From: Alphaproteobacteria bacterium
Lineage (GTDB): Bacteria; Pseudomonadota; Alphaproteobacteria; MPNO01; UBA830
NCBI GenBank assembly: GCA_964291215.2
Contig: OZ219791.1
Coordinates: forward strand, 3,104,001-3,168,000
Length of the DNA: 64,000 bases
Direction: 5' to 3'
Shown: positions 20,629-30,599 of the stretch, in pieces
Numbering within the stretch: the stretch's first letter is position 1
Layout of the letters: every line of letters begins with the position of its first letter
The notes under the pieces: generated by a model
Databases searched by the model: none
The model's input: the letters and a program-made list of their open reading frames with translations, nothing else
What the model was told of the DNA's origin: nothing
Translations under genes and position numbers: made by a program

Positions 20629-22443
20629 ATGAGGCGTCTCAGTGAATTCGATCGTCCGGTGCCGGGCGGCAACAAGCCGATGGAGTGGGTCAGCGATGTT
20701 GCCGCCGAAATGCTTCGGCGGCTCGGGATCAAGTATGTGTCACTCAATCCTGGCGCCAGCTATCGCGGCTTTCACGATTCGCTGGTCAACTATCTCGGCA
20801 ACGCCGATCCGCAGATCCTTCTATGCCTGCACGAGGATCATGCCGTGTCGATAGCGCACGGCTACGCGTCGGTCACCGACGAGCCGATGGGCGTCGTCCT
20901 GCACTCCAATGTCGGGCTGATGCACGGGCTGATGGGGGTGTTCAACGCCTGGTGCGACCGTGCGCCAGTCCTCGTCATGGGCGCGACGGGTCCGGTTGAC
21001 GCGCCGCTCAGGCGGCCGTGGATCGACTGGATCCACACGGCCAAGGACCAGGGGGCGCTGCTCAGGAACTTCGTCAAGTATGACGATGAGCCTCGGTCCG
21101 CCGAGGCGATCGTGGAGACCATGCTCCGCGCAAACCTCATGGCCCGCCAGGACCCGAAGGGGCCGGTTTACGTGTGCCTTGATGCCGGGCTTCAGGAAAC
21201 CCGGCTTCGCGACGGGGAGGTCGAGATTCCCGATGTCTCCCGGTTCATGCCGCCGCCACCACCGCCTGCCGACGCCGCGACGGTGGAGGCGGTCGCCGAA
21301 CTCCTGGTCGGAGGCGGCCGCGCGGTGCTGATGTTCGGCCGCATGAGTGCGCGCGCAGAGGACTGGCAGCGGCGCTGCGAGCTTGCCGAACTCCTTGGCG
21401 CCGGCGTTATCACCGATCTCAAGAACCGGGCCGCGTTTCCCACCGGCCACGCGTTGCATGTCGGTGCGCCATCGAACTGGATAGGCGCGACGGGGCAGGA
21501 GGAGCTGATGGCCGCCGATGTCGTGGTCGCCTTCGACTGGGTCGATCTCGCCGGCTCGCTAAAACCGTTGGCGCCACGTGGTGGTGTGCCGGGAAAGATC
21601 GTGACCTGCACGCTTGACTCCTATCTTCACAACGGCTGGAGCGCCGACCATTTCGGGCTGCCGGCTTCCGATATTCCCGTGCTTGCCGATCCCGATATCT
21701 TCGTTGACCAGCTTCTCGACGCGGTCGGCTCCCGGCTCGGCGGCGTCTCGCGGTGGGACGGCGCGGCGAAGCCCAAATCCGCGCCGCCTGAGAACAGGGA
21801 GAAGTCCCCGGACGACGCGATCAGCCCGCGCGACATCGCGCTGGCGCTGGCCGAGGCGCGCGGCGGGCGGGCGCTCACGCTGACCCGGGTGCCGCTTGGC
21901 TGGGCTTCAGACTCGTGGGAATTCAACGAACCGCTCGACTATCTCGGAAACGACGGCGGCGGCGGGTTGGCGTCGGGTCCCGGAAATGCGGTTGGCGCTG
22001 GCCTTGCCCTCATGGACAGCGAACGCACCGTGGTCGCCATCCTCGGCGACGGCGATTTCATGCAGGGCGGTTCGGCGCTTTGGACTGCGGCGCATTATGG
22101 CATCCCGGTGCTGTTCGTCGTCTCGAACAACCGTTCGAACTTCAACGACGAGGTGCATCAGGAGGCGATGGCGACCCAGCGCGGCCGGCCGGTCGAGAAT
22201 CGCTGGATCGGGCAGCGCATCGACGAACCTGCGATAGATCTTGCCGGCTATGCCAAGGCCCAGGGCCTGCGGTCCGGCGGTCCCGTGACGAGGATCGGCG
22301 GGCTTGCCGACGCTCTCCGCCAGGGCCTCGAAGCGGTTGATGGCGGCGAGCCCTATCTGATAGATGTCGTCGTCAAGCCCGGCTATTCTTCTCCGATGGT
22401 GACGCGGGCAAGTGGTGAAGCCTCGACGGGGACGGCGAGCTGA
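20629..22443 (+). CDS. Thiamine-diphosphate-dependent enzyme (acetolactate synthase/benzoylformate decarboxylase superfamily)
   Basis: NPGASYRG, catalytic LHE, KGPVYV and ThDP motif GDGDF...VSNN. SD GGAAAGGAAG. Confidence 0.9.
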   Translation: MRRLSEFDRPVPGGNKPMEWVSDVAAEMLRRLGIKYVSLNPGASYRGFHDSLVNYLGNADPQILLCLHEDHAVSIAHGYASVTDEPMGVVLHSNVGLMHGLMGVFNAWCDRAPVLVMGATGPVDAPLRRPWIDWIHTAKDQGALLRNFVKYDDEPRSAEAIVETMLRANLMARQDPKGPVYVCLDAGLQETRLRDGEVEIPDVSRFMPPPPPPADAATVEAVAELLVGGGRAVLMFGRMSARAEDWQRRCELAELLGAGVITDLKNRAAFPTGHALHVGAPSNWIGATGQEELMAADVVVAFDWVDLAGSLKPLAPRGGVPGKIVTCTLDSYLHNGWSADHFGLPASDIPVLADPDIFVDQLLDAVGSRLGGVSRWDGAAKPKSAPPENREKSPDDAISPRDIALALAEARGGRALTLTRVPLGWASDSWEFNEPLDYLGNDGGGGLASGPGNAVGAGLALMDSERTVVAILGDGDFMQGGSALWTAAHYGIPVLFVVSNNRSNFNDEVHQEAMATQRGRPVENRWIGQRIDEPAIDLAGYAKAQGLRSGGPVTRIGGLADALRQGLEAVDGGEPYLIDVVVKPGYSSPMVTRASGEASTGTAS

Positions 22444-22455
22444 CGGGAGTATGTG

Positions 22456-23262
22456 ATGGCAGACATACTTCAGATCAGGAATGTCTCCAAGACCTATGAC
22501 GTGGATGGGAGCAATCCGGTCCACGCCCTTGACGGCGTCGACCTGACGGTGGCGGAAGGAGAATTCGTTTCCGTCATCGGGCCGTCAGGCTGCGGCAAGT
22601 CGACGCTTTTCAACATCATCGGCGGCCTCATTCCCGATTACGAGGGGTCGGTGCAGATCGACGGCCATTCGGTCGATGGCGCGCACAAGGATGTGGGCGT
22701 CGTGTTCCAAGAGGAATCGACCTTTCCGTGGCGGACGACCCTCGACAATGTCGCGTTTCCGCTCGAGGTCGAAGGCGTCGACAGGGCGACGCGGACCGAT
22801 ACCGCGAAGAGGTTTATCCGGCTGGTCGGTCTCGACGGCTTCGAGAACCACTACCCGGCGCAGCTTTCCGGCGGCATGAAACAGCGCACCGCGGTTGCCC
22901 GCACGCTTGCCTATGAGCCGCGCATCATGCTGCTCGACGAACCGTTCGGCGCGCTGGACGAGCAGACCCGCATGCTGCTCGGTGACAAGATGCTTGAGAT
23001 CTGGACCGAACTGAAGCAGACCATGCTTCTGATCACCCACAACATCACCGAAGCGGTCCAGCTGTCCGATCGCGTGGTCGTCATGACGTTCCGTCCCGGG
23101 GTGATCAAGGAGGTGGTTCCGATCGAACTGCCGCGACCACGGACATCGGAAGTCATCGCAACTCCGGAATTCGGTACTTATGTGGGCAAGCTCTGGACGC
23201 TTCTTCGCGAGGAGGCGTCCCAGGGCATGATCGAGACGGAGGCGCAGATCGCGGCGAGTTGA
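22456..23262 (+). CDS. NitT/TauT-family ABC transporter ATP-binding protein
   Basis: GPSGCGKST, YPAQLSGGMKQR and LLDEPFGALD. Confidence 0.95.
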   Translation: MADILQIRNVSKTYDVDGSNPVHALDGVDLTVAEGEFVSVIGPSGCGKSTLFNIIGGLIPDYEGSVQIDGHSVDGAHKDVGVVFQEESTFPWRTTLDNVAFPLEVEGVDRATRTDTAKRFIRLVGLDGFENHYPAQLSGGMKQRTAVARTLAYEPRIMLLDEPFGALDEQTRMLLGDKMLEIWTELKQTMLLITHNITEAVQLSDRVVVMTFRPGVIKEVVPIELPRPRTSEVIATPEFGTYVGKLWTLLREEASQGMIETEAQIAAS

Positions 23263-23353
23263 TATACTGTTCGCCGGCAAGGCGTGAAGTCTGCAGGGTC
23301 CGGCCCGGTAGACTTCGCGGTTGCAAACCAGGGAAATCGGGAGGACTCGACAG

Positions 23354-24319
23354 ATGCACGCATTGTTCAGGTCTATGTTGCTGGCAGGCACGGCCGCGGC
23401 CGTCGCCGCCGGCCCGGCGCTTGCCGCTGACAAGGTACGGCTGATTCTCAGCACCAAGGTCGTCTTTGAAATGGAACACGGCTACGCGGCCAAGGAAAAC
23501 GGCATCTTCAAGAAGCACAACCTTGACGTGTCGATTATCCACGGATCGGGCGGCGCCGCGACGCTTCAGACAATCATCACCGGCAGCCAGGATATCGCCT
23601 TCGGCGTCGGCTCGCTGTCCGTCATGGGCGCCTTTGCCAAGGGTGCGCCGGTGCGGGTGCTCGGCAGCACGAAACGCGGCGCCGGCGACTTGTACTGGTA
23701 CGTGAAGTCCGACAGCAAGATCATGAAGCTTCAGGATCTTGGGCCAAGTGACGGGCTTGCCTATTCACGGCCGGGCTCGACCACTCACCTGGCGACGCTG
23801 TTCCTCAAGGACTCGCTGAATCTCAAGGCCAAGCTGGTTTCGACCGGCGGACCGCCGAGTTCGCGCACCCAGGTGATGTCGGGGCAGGTCGCCACCGGCT
23901 GGTCGGTGTTTCCGCTGAACGCGAATCTCCTTCGCGAAAAAAAGATCCGCGTTGTCGGTACCGGCAGCCAGGCAGAAGACCTTGAGGGGCTGACGATTCG
24001 CATGATCGCGGCCAACTCGAACTGGCTCGACAAGAACCGAGATGTCGCAAAGCGCTTCATCGCGGCGATGAAGGAGGGCCAGAAGATCTCCTATACCAGC
24101 GAGAAGCAGATGAAGGCCTATGCCAAGCGCTGGAACCTCGACTACAACGATCTGGGCGACATGGCCAAGTTCGTGCCGCTCGACCAGTCGACCTTCCTGC
24201 CGATCGGCAAGATCGACATGCTCAACGAGCTGTCGCTCAAGTACAAGCGGATCAATAAGCTGCTGACCAAGGAACAGCTTCAAGAACTGGTCCATCCGGA
24301 CGGTAACAAGCCGTCCTGA
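23354..24319 (+). CDS. NitT/TauT-family ABC substrate-binding protein
   Basis: Signal peptide ...AAAVAAGPALAA, then GIFKKHNLDV and SRPGSTTH. Confidence 0.9.
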   Translation: MHALFRSMLLAGTAAAVAAGPALAADKVRLILSTKVVFEMEHGYAAKENGIFKKHNLDVSIIHGSGGAATLQTIITGSQDIAFGVGSLSVMGAFAKGAPVRVLGSTKRGAGDLYWYVKSDSKIMKLQDLGPSDGLAYSRPGSTTHLATLFLKDSLNLKAKLVSTGGPPSSRTQVMSGQVATGWSVFPLNANLLREKKIRVVGTGSQAEDLEGLTIRMIAANSNWLDKNRDVAKRFIAAMKEGQKISYTSEKQMKAYAKRWNLDYNDLGDMAKFVPLDQSTFLPIGKIDMLNELSLKYKRINKLLTKEQLQELVHPDGNKPS

Positions 24320-24368
24320 CGCGGACCGGCATGATCGCGGCAGTTCCACCATGCGGTGGTGACGTCTC

Positions 24369-25121
24369 GTGAAAGGGCTCTCGCGGTCTCCGGTCCTGGT
24401 CGGCCTGCTCGGGGTGCTGGCGCTTGCGCTGGTCCTTGAGCTGGCCGTGTCCCAGGGCCTGGTGATGGAGCTTATCGTGCCGCGTCCGTCTGATGCGGTT
24501 TTGGCGTTCCCGCCGGTACACGCCGAGATGGACCTGTTCGGCAACTTCCTGGTTACTCTCGGCATGACCGCCGCCGCTACCGGACTTGCGATCGTCGTCG
24601 GCGTGCCGTTCGGTTATTTCCTCTATCGCAGCGCCCGCTACGGGCTCGCCTATGAAGGCTGGCTCGCGGCTGCCTTCGCCGCGCCAACGATCCTGCTCTA
24701 CCCGCTGTTCCTCGTCATTTTCGGACGCACCCATATGACCCTGATAGCGATGGGGTTCATCCCGGGTTCGATTCCCATCATCATTCAGACCCGTCAGGGG
24801 CTTCTCGGGGTGTCGCGGACGCTGGTAAATGTCGGGCGCAGCTTCAACATCTCGGACCGCGAGATGTTCTGGAAGATCCAGCTTCCGAGCGCGGTTCCTA
24901 CCATCTTCACCGGCATCCGCATTGGCGTGATGTACACGCTGGTCAATATCGTGGCGATCGAGTACCTGGTCGATTTCGGCGGCCTTGGCCGCATCGTTTC
25001 GGAAATGTACTTTCGATTTGATACGCCGGGCACCTATGCGAGCATACTGAGCGTGATTCTGGTCAGCGTTTTCTTCTACTGGGGATTTGGAAGGATCGAG
25101 AAATGGCTCAGACCGGTTTGA
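24369..25121 (+). CDS. ABC transporter permease (NitT/TauT)
   Basis: Hydrophobic, with KIQLPSAVPTIFTGIRIG and GGLG motifs. Confidence 0.92.
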   Translation: MKGLSRSPVLVGLLGVLALALVLELAVSQGLVMELIVPRPSDAVLAFPPVHAEMDLFGNFLVTLGMTAAATGLAIVVGVPFGYFLYRSARYGLAYEGWLAAAFAAPTILLYPLFLVIFGRTHMTLIAMGFIPGSIPIIIQTRQGLLGVSRTLVNVGRSFNISDREMFWKIQLPSAVPTIFTGIRIGVMYTLVNIVAIEYLVDFGGLGRIVSEMYFRFDTPGTYASILSVILVSVFFYWGFGRIEKWLRPV

Positions 25122-25969
25122 TGGCCAGACTCACGGGCGGCGATGAAGCCTCCGTCGAGCGCATTCGGGTGGTGACGGTCATCGCACTGTTCGCCGCATG
25201 GGAGATCTTCGCGACCCTGGGCACTGTCGGGATCTTCTACGAGGACGTGATCCCCCATATCTGGACGATCCTGATCGCGGTCGGAGCGGAGATCATGTCG
25301 GCGAGTTTCTACCGCGATCTCGGCATCACGTTTGCCGAGCATATCGTCGGTTTCGTCGCCGGATCGATCATCGCGCTGTTTCTCGGCATCTGGATGGGAT
25401 CGAGTTCCCTGCTTCGCGGTGCGCTTGAGCCCTATCTCAATGCAATCGGGTCGACGCCGAAGATCATATTCCTGCCGATCCTGTTTCTGATGTTCGGAAC
25501 CGGCATCGAATCGAAGATGGCGAAGGGTGCCCTGTCGGCCTTCTTCCCGGTGGTCTTTACCACGACGCTCGGCATGATCCTGATCAGCCCGGTACTGATC
25601 CGGGTCGGAAGGAGTTTCAATCTCGGGAGCTTCCAGATGATCACCAAGGTCTACATCCCCGCGATGCTCAACCCGGTGATCACCGGTCTGCGCCTCGGCG
25701 TGGCGATCACTGTGATCGGCGTTCTCGTGGCCGAGCTCAAGTTCGCCGACGGCGGTCTCGGCTACCGCCTCGGCATCTATTACGAACAGTTCCGGATCGC
25801 CCCCATGTACGCGATCATCCTCATCATCTTCTTCCTCGCTGCGGTTGCCAACATGGGAATGACGCGGCTCCAGGATCGCGTCAACCGGCACATGGCGCCG
25901 ACGGTTGCCAAGGGCAGAAAGGCAAGGGTCTCGGCCTCCGGCGGCCTCGGTGTGGTCGCCACGAACTGA
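25121..25969 (+). CDS. ABC transporter permease (NitT/TauT)
   Basis: TGATG coupling to the previous gene. PKIIFLP, ITGLRLG and GGLGY motifs. Confidence 0.92.
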   Translation: MARLTGGDEASVERIRVVTVIALFAAWEIFATLGTVGIFYEDVIPHIWTILIAVGAEIMSASFYRDLGITFAEHIVGFVAGSIIALFLGIWMGSSSLLRGALEPYLNAIGSTPKIIFLPILFLMFGTGIESKMAKGALSAFFPVVFTTTLGMILISPVLIRVGRSFNLGSFQMITKVYIPAMLNPVITGLRLGVAITVIGVLVAELKFADGGLGYRLGIYYEQFRIAPMYAIILIIFFLAAVANMGMTRLQDRVNRHMAPTVAKGRKARVSASGGLGVVATN

Positions 25970-25987
25970 CTGAAAGGGCAACGGGAA

Positions 25988-26359
25988 ATGGCGAGAAAAG
26001 AACTCTTCGTAGCGAAACAGGCGGACCTGCCGGATGGCGAGCGCAAGATCGTGCCCAACGGCAACTACGAGATCGGCGTCTACCGGGTCAACGGGGAACT
26101 CCACGCCTACCGCAACGTCTGTCCGCATCAGGGCGGCCCCGCGTGCGAGGGGCTGCTGATGGCCAAGGTCGAGGAGGTCATTGCCGAGGACAAGACCTAT
26201 CAGGGCATGAGGTTCAATCACGACGAGATGCATATCGTCTGCCCGTGGCATGGCTGGGAGTTCGATCTCAGGACGGGCGACATGGTCGCTGACCGCAAGT
26301 TCCGGTTGCGCAAGCACGATGTCGTGGAAAGGGACGACGGGATATATGTCGTCGCCTGA
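25988..26359 (+). CDS. Rieske [2Fe-2S] ferredoxin
   Basis: CPHQG...CPWHGWEFD. Confidence 0.95.
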   Translation: MARKELFVAKQADLPDGERKIVPNGNYEIGVYRVNGELHAYRNVCPHQGGPACEGLLMAKVEEVIAEDKTYQGMRFNHDEMHIVCPWHGWEFDLRTGDMVADRKFRLRKHDVVERDDGIYVVA

Positions 26360-26705
26360 GGACACGTCGCCGTTCCACGGCGAGGCGACCGAACGCATCG
26401 CCTCGGAGATCGGCAGTCCGCTCGCCGATGTCGATGCGGAGACCGTGAAACTCAAGGCGCTGGCCGGGAGGATCGCGGCGCTCGGCGAGGGCGAGAGCCC
26501 GTCGCCGGAAATGATTGCGGAGGGGCTGACGATACTGACACGCCTCTATACAGTGCACTACCAGCAGGGCGAACGCTGGGACCCGCTCGTGGGCGGCCGC
26601 GCGATGCCGGTCACGGCGGTGATGATCATGACGACCGCGATGCTGAAGTCGGTGAACATCGAACTGTTCGAATTGGGCATGTGGCAGGCTTGGTCGACCG
26701 GTTGA
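26346..26705 (+). CDS. Small hypothetical protein coupled to Rieske and amidohydrolase genes
   Basis: Overlaps the Rieske stop. C-terminus TAVMIMTTAMLKSVNIELFELGMWQ. Confidence 0.7.
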   Translation: MSSPEDTSPFHGEATERIASEIGSPLADVDAETVKLKALAGRIAALGEGESPSPEMIAEGLTILTRLYTVHYQQGERWDPLVGGRAMPVTAVMIMTTAMLKSVNIELFELGMWQAWSTG

Positions 26706-26737
26706 CGGGCGTCCGCGCGGCGCCGGGGAGCATGAAA

Positions 26738-27970
26738 ATGGAAATTCCCACAGATCACCTTCACAAGATGGCTGTCGAGGAATTCGACACCTCGAAGCTT
26801 CTGATCAATGCGGCGCGCCAGCGCGATCAGCGCAAGTTCGAGGATGTCCTGATCATCGACTGCGACTGCCATCACTACGAGAACGAATCGATCAAGGACA
26901 TCGTCGAGTTCATTGAGGATCCCGTTCTCCGCCGCACCGGGCAGGTCTATACCAGCGCCGGCACGGGCGCGAACAGCCCGTTCATGATGGGCAGCCCGGG
27001 CGCCCAAGATGTCGCCGGGCGCGTGACCCGCTATCCGCTGCGCAAGCTGGAAAAGACGCCGGAAGACGACACACATCGCGATATCCATCTATCGCTCCGG
27101 TGGATGGACGCCATGGGCGTCGATTACGCCATGCTGTTTCCGACCCCGATGCTGCTTCTCGGCCTCCATCCGGTGCCCGAATACGAGGTCGGCATGGCCC
27201 GGGCCTACAACCGGTGGCTGACGGAGAAGATCCTGGTCGAGGAAAAGCGCCTCAAGACGATGCTCTATCTCCCGTTCAACGATCCGGACGCCACCTACAA
27301 GATGGTCCAGGATTTTGGCGGCGCGGAGGGCGTGTGCGGCTTCATGGTGGTGTCGACGCGCTACAAGCCGGTCTATGACAACAGCTACATGAAGACCTAT
27401 TCGCTGATCGAGGAGATGGGCAAGCCGCTGGCGTTCCACGGGTCCTACAGCTGGAATGACCAGTTGCTTGGCAACACCAACCGGTTTCTGGTAACCCACG
27501 CACTCGGCTTCACCGTCTTCAATGCGGTACATCTCTCGAACTGGATCGTCAACGGCCTGCCCGAGCGTTTTCCGAACCTCGACGTGATGTGGATAGAATC
27601 GGGGCTGGCCTGGGTTCCATGGCTGATGCAGCGGCTGGACAACGACTACCGCATGCGCTCCTCGGAGGCGCCGCTCCTCAAGCGCCTGCCCAGTGAATAC
27701 ATGCGCGAGATGTACTACTCCTCGCAGCCGATGGAGATGCCGCACGATCTCGAAGTCCTCGAGATGACTTTCAAGATGATCAACGCCGAGACCCAGCTCT
27801 GCTGGTGCTCGGACTATCCGCACTGGGACATGGACCTGCCGAGCGTGATCTACGACCTGCCGTTCCTCTCCGAGCAGCAGAAGCGGAACATCCTCGGCGA
27901 GAATTCGCGGCGGTTATACGGCATGGACGTCAGCGACCGTTTCCCGAACTACCAGATGGCGGCGGAATAG
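26738..27970 (+). CDS. Amidohydrolase_2-fold protein, candidate dinuclear-metal monooxygenase
   Basis: IDCDCH, RAYNRW, LAFH, ERFPNL...IESG.AW and SDYPHWD. Confidence 0.85.
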   Translation: MEIPTDHLHKMAVEEFDTSKLLINAARQRDQRKFEDVLIIDCDCHHYENESIKDIVEFIEDPVLRRTGQVYTSAGTGANSPFMMGSPGAQDVAGRVTRYPLRKLEKTPEDDTHRDIHLSLRWMDAMGVDYAMLFPTPMLLLGLHPVPEYEVGMARAYNRWLTEKILVEEKRLKTMLYLPFNDPDATYKMVQDFGGAEGVCGFMVVSTRYKPVYDNSYMKTYSLIEEMGKPLAFHGSYSWNDQLLGNTNRFLVTHALGFTVFNAVHLSNWIVNGLPERFPNLDVMWIESGLAWVPWLMQRLDNDYRMRSSEAPLLKRLPSEYMREMYYSSQPMEMPHDLEVLEMTFKMINAETQLCWCSDYPHWDMDLPSVIYDLPFLSEQQKRNILGENSRRLYGMDVSDRFPNYQMAAE

Positions 27971-28036
27971 CTGCATCCGGAGCGACGACGCGTCGGTTCG
28001 CAGGCTGGTGGTTCGCCAACGAACGGAGTTGCAACC

Positions 28037-29356
28037 ATGAGCACTAACGTCAGGTTGCAGGAACTGGCAGAGCCTCGGGACACGCTCACCGAAGGACTCG
28101 TCGCGTTGATCCGCAACAGGCCCGTCGGACAGGCGGATCTCGATGCGACGGCGCTCCTTGTTCTGGACGGCGTCGCCAACATGCTGGCGGGGCGCCGGAC
28201 CGAACCGGGGCGGAAGCTCCTCGCCTTTCTCGAACGCCATCCGGGAGACGTCGGACGGCGCGCCCTCGTGATGGGCGGTCTGATGCATATTCTCGAAGTC
28301 GACGACCTGCACAAGGCGTCCGTCGTGCATCCGGCGTGCGTGACCATTCCGGCGGCGCTCGCGCTGGCATCCGAGACCGGCGCAGGCGGGCGCGACTTTC
28401 TTGAGGCGGTGCTTTTCGGCTACGAGGCCTGCGCCCGAGTCGGCATGTCGGTTGGCGGCGGCCATTACAGGACTTGGCACAATACCGGAACCTGCGGGAC
28501 GTTTGGCGGAACCATGACAGCTGCGCAGATGCTCTGGCTGTCGGACGGCGAGGTGGTGCACGCGCTCGGCAACGCAGGTACGCAGTCCGCCGGGCTGTGG
28601 GAGTTTCTCGACACCGGTGCGATGAGCAAGCACCTTCATGCCGGCCGTGCGGCAGAAGCCGGCGTGGTCTCCGCCGAACTGGCGGCGCTCGGTTTTACCG
28701 GACCACCGGCGATTCTTGAAGGGCCCCGAGGCCTCTATGCCGGCGCCTGTCCGGATCCGGATCCCGGTGCGGTGCTGCGCGATCCGGACAGCCCGTGGCA
28801 GGTGCATCTGACCTCGATAAAGCCGTGGCCGTCCTGCAGGCATACTCATCCCGCCGTCGACGCGGCATTGGAGTTGGCTGGCAGGGTCGACATGTCGGCG
28901 GTGGAGCGGGTCGAGATATCAACCTATCAGGCGGCTATCGATGTCTGCGACCGGCCGTCCCCGGAGAGCGAGTACGAGGCCAAGTTCTCGCTGCAGCACT
29001 GCGTTGCAATCTCTCTGCTCGACGGGAAGTGCGAGTTCGCGTCCTTCGGTCCTGAGGCGCGGGCACGTGCGGCCGGACTGTGCGCGGCGACCGAGGTCCG
29101 GGCAGGAGACACCTACAGCGAGGCGTACCCGCGGGACTGGGGCGGAGAGGTCACGGTCCGTCTCGCCGGAGGCGGGGCGGTGACGGCCGCGCGCGGCGCT
29201 TGCAAGGGCGATCCTGAGGCAGCCCTCTCTCGTGACGAGATGATAGCCAAGGCGGGAATCCTGCTGGCGTTCGCCGGGTTCAACGATGCGGACCGCCTTG
29301 TCGCCGATCTGCTGGCGATGGCATCGGGCGGAGCCGTCCCCGAAATCGCGCTCTGA
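28037..29356 (+). CDS. MmgE/PrpD family protein
   Basis: HILEVDDLH...VHP, WHNTG, SKHLHAG, KPWPSCRHTH, AKFS and KGDP. Confidence 0.92.
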   Translation: MSTNVRLQELAEPRDTLTEGLVALIRNRPVGQADLDATALLVLDGVANMLAGRRTEPGRKLLAFLERHPGDVGRRALVMGGLMHILEVDDLHKASVVHPACVTIPAALALASETGAGGRDFLEAVLFGYEACARVGMSVGGGHYRTWHNTGTCGTFGGTMTAAQMLWLSDGEVVHALGNAGTQSAGLWEFLDTGAMSKHLHAGRAAEAGVVSAELAALGFTGPPAILEGPRGLYAGACPDPDPGAVLRDPDSPWQVHLTSIKPWPSCRHTHPAVDAALELAGRVDMSAVERVEISTYQAAIDVCDRPSPESEYEAKFSLQHCVAISLLDGKCEFASFGPEARARAAGLCAATEVRAGDTYSEAYPRDWGGEVTVRLAGGGAVTAARGACKGDPEAALSRDEMIAKAGILLAFAGFNDADRLVADLLAMASGGAVPEIAL

Positions 29357-29629
29357 CAGCGATGGCGGCGGAGCCGGGTTAACTGAAGCATCTGTCAAGC
29401 GGAATCGGGGGGCTTCCTGATCGGCGGTCGTGCGACGGCTGTCTGTTCCGGATTCGGAAGGCTGACGTTGCTGCCGGATCGCTGATGCTGTTCGGCGGTC
29501 TGACCGGACAGCACATGACGTCGCATTACGACCTCTCCCCGACGGGTCGAATTCCTGCTCTCCATCTGATCTCTCTCCCTTCCGGACAGGTGGCCTCGAT
29601 AAACTGGTCCACCGACATGATCATTTGGG

Positions 29630-30599
29630 GTATCTACTCACCCCTTCTGATGACGAATCGCTTTTCCTGACGGGGTTCGGATTCGGCATTTTCTCTTGCT
29701 TCCTTCACTCGCTCACTGCCGATGACCGCATGTGCGGGTTCCGGCTGGCAGGAAGCGGTTGGTCTTCGGCTTGAGCTCCACTTTCCGGCCTTTTTTGGGG
29801 AGGGGTCTGCAAGCGATCCGACACCCCGCGCCGACATCGCGTGTCAACCGTGCTGTCCGGCGGTGCCAGTTCCGTTGGCTGCCTTTCCATTCCGCCGGAA
29901 ATTTCCGTTTGACACTGTAGGAGAAACATTCTGCAGGACTGGCCATCGGGGCGGATCGCGTCGGAGGCGGTGATGGCGGCATGGTAAGGATCGAAGGCGA
30001 CGACGGGTCTCTGCCAGGCGATCGTTGCGGCCATGCCGCCGCATGACGTGTACATCAAGGCGTTCCTTGGGGGCGGCGCGATCATGAAGCGCAAGCCGCC
30101 GGCACTGCGCAGCATCGGCCTCGACCGCCGGGCGATCGACACTTTCCGTTGCGACCACCCGGTCGAACTTCACCATGGCTGCGCCCTGCGCTTTCTCGAG
30201 ACCTTCGCGTTCCAGGGCTGCGAACTGGTCTACTGCGACCCGTGCAGTCGACGCGCAGATCGCAGCGCCGCTACCGCTTCGACTGCACGGACGACGACCA
30301 TGTTGCGCTCCTCGACATCCTGAAGTCGCTGCCGTGCCAGGTGATGATCTCCGGCTATCCCTCGCCGCTCTACGACACCCACCTCGCTGGCGGGCGCTCG
30401 GCCGAGATCCAGGTCAACAACCAGGCCTGCGTTGTCACCGAGAAGCTGTGGCTCAACTTCGTACCGGGCCGGCCGCACTGGCACAGCTGCGCGGGCAGAA
30501 ACTCGATCGACCGCCAGCGCATCAAACGCCTCGCAGAGAGCCGGGCGCGGCGCTGCCGGGCGCGATGCCCGAAGGCGAACGGCTTGCCGTGCTGGCGGC
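29630..30599 (+). mobile_element. IS66-type end followed by Dam-like (D12 class) methyltransferase pseudogene, truncated by IS256
   Basis: GTATCTACTCACCCCTT (29630) is identical to the IS66 IR at 59762-59778 (rc). TTGACA at 29909. MTase motifs GSKATTGLCQ...PPHDVYIKAFLGGG, VYCDP and VMISGY from 29981. Confidence 0.65.
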
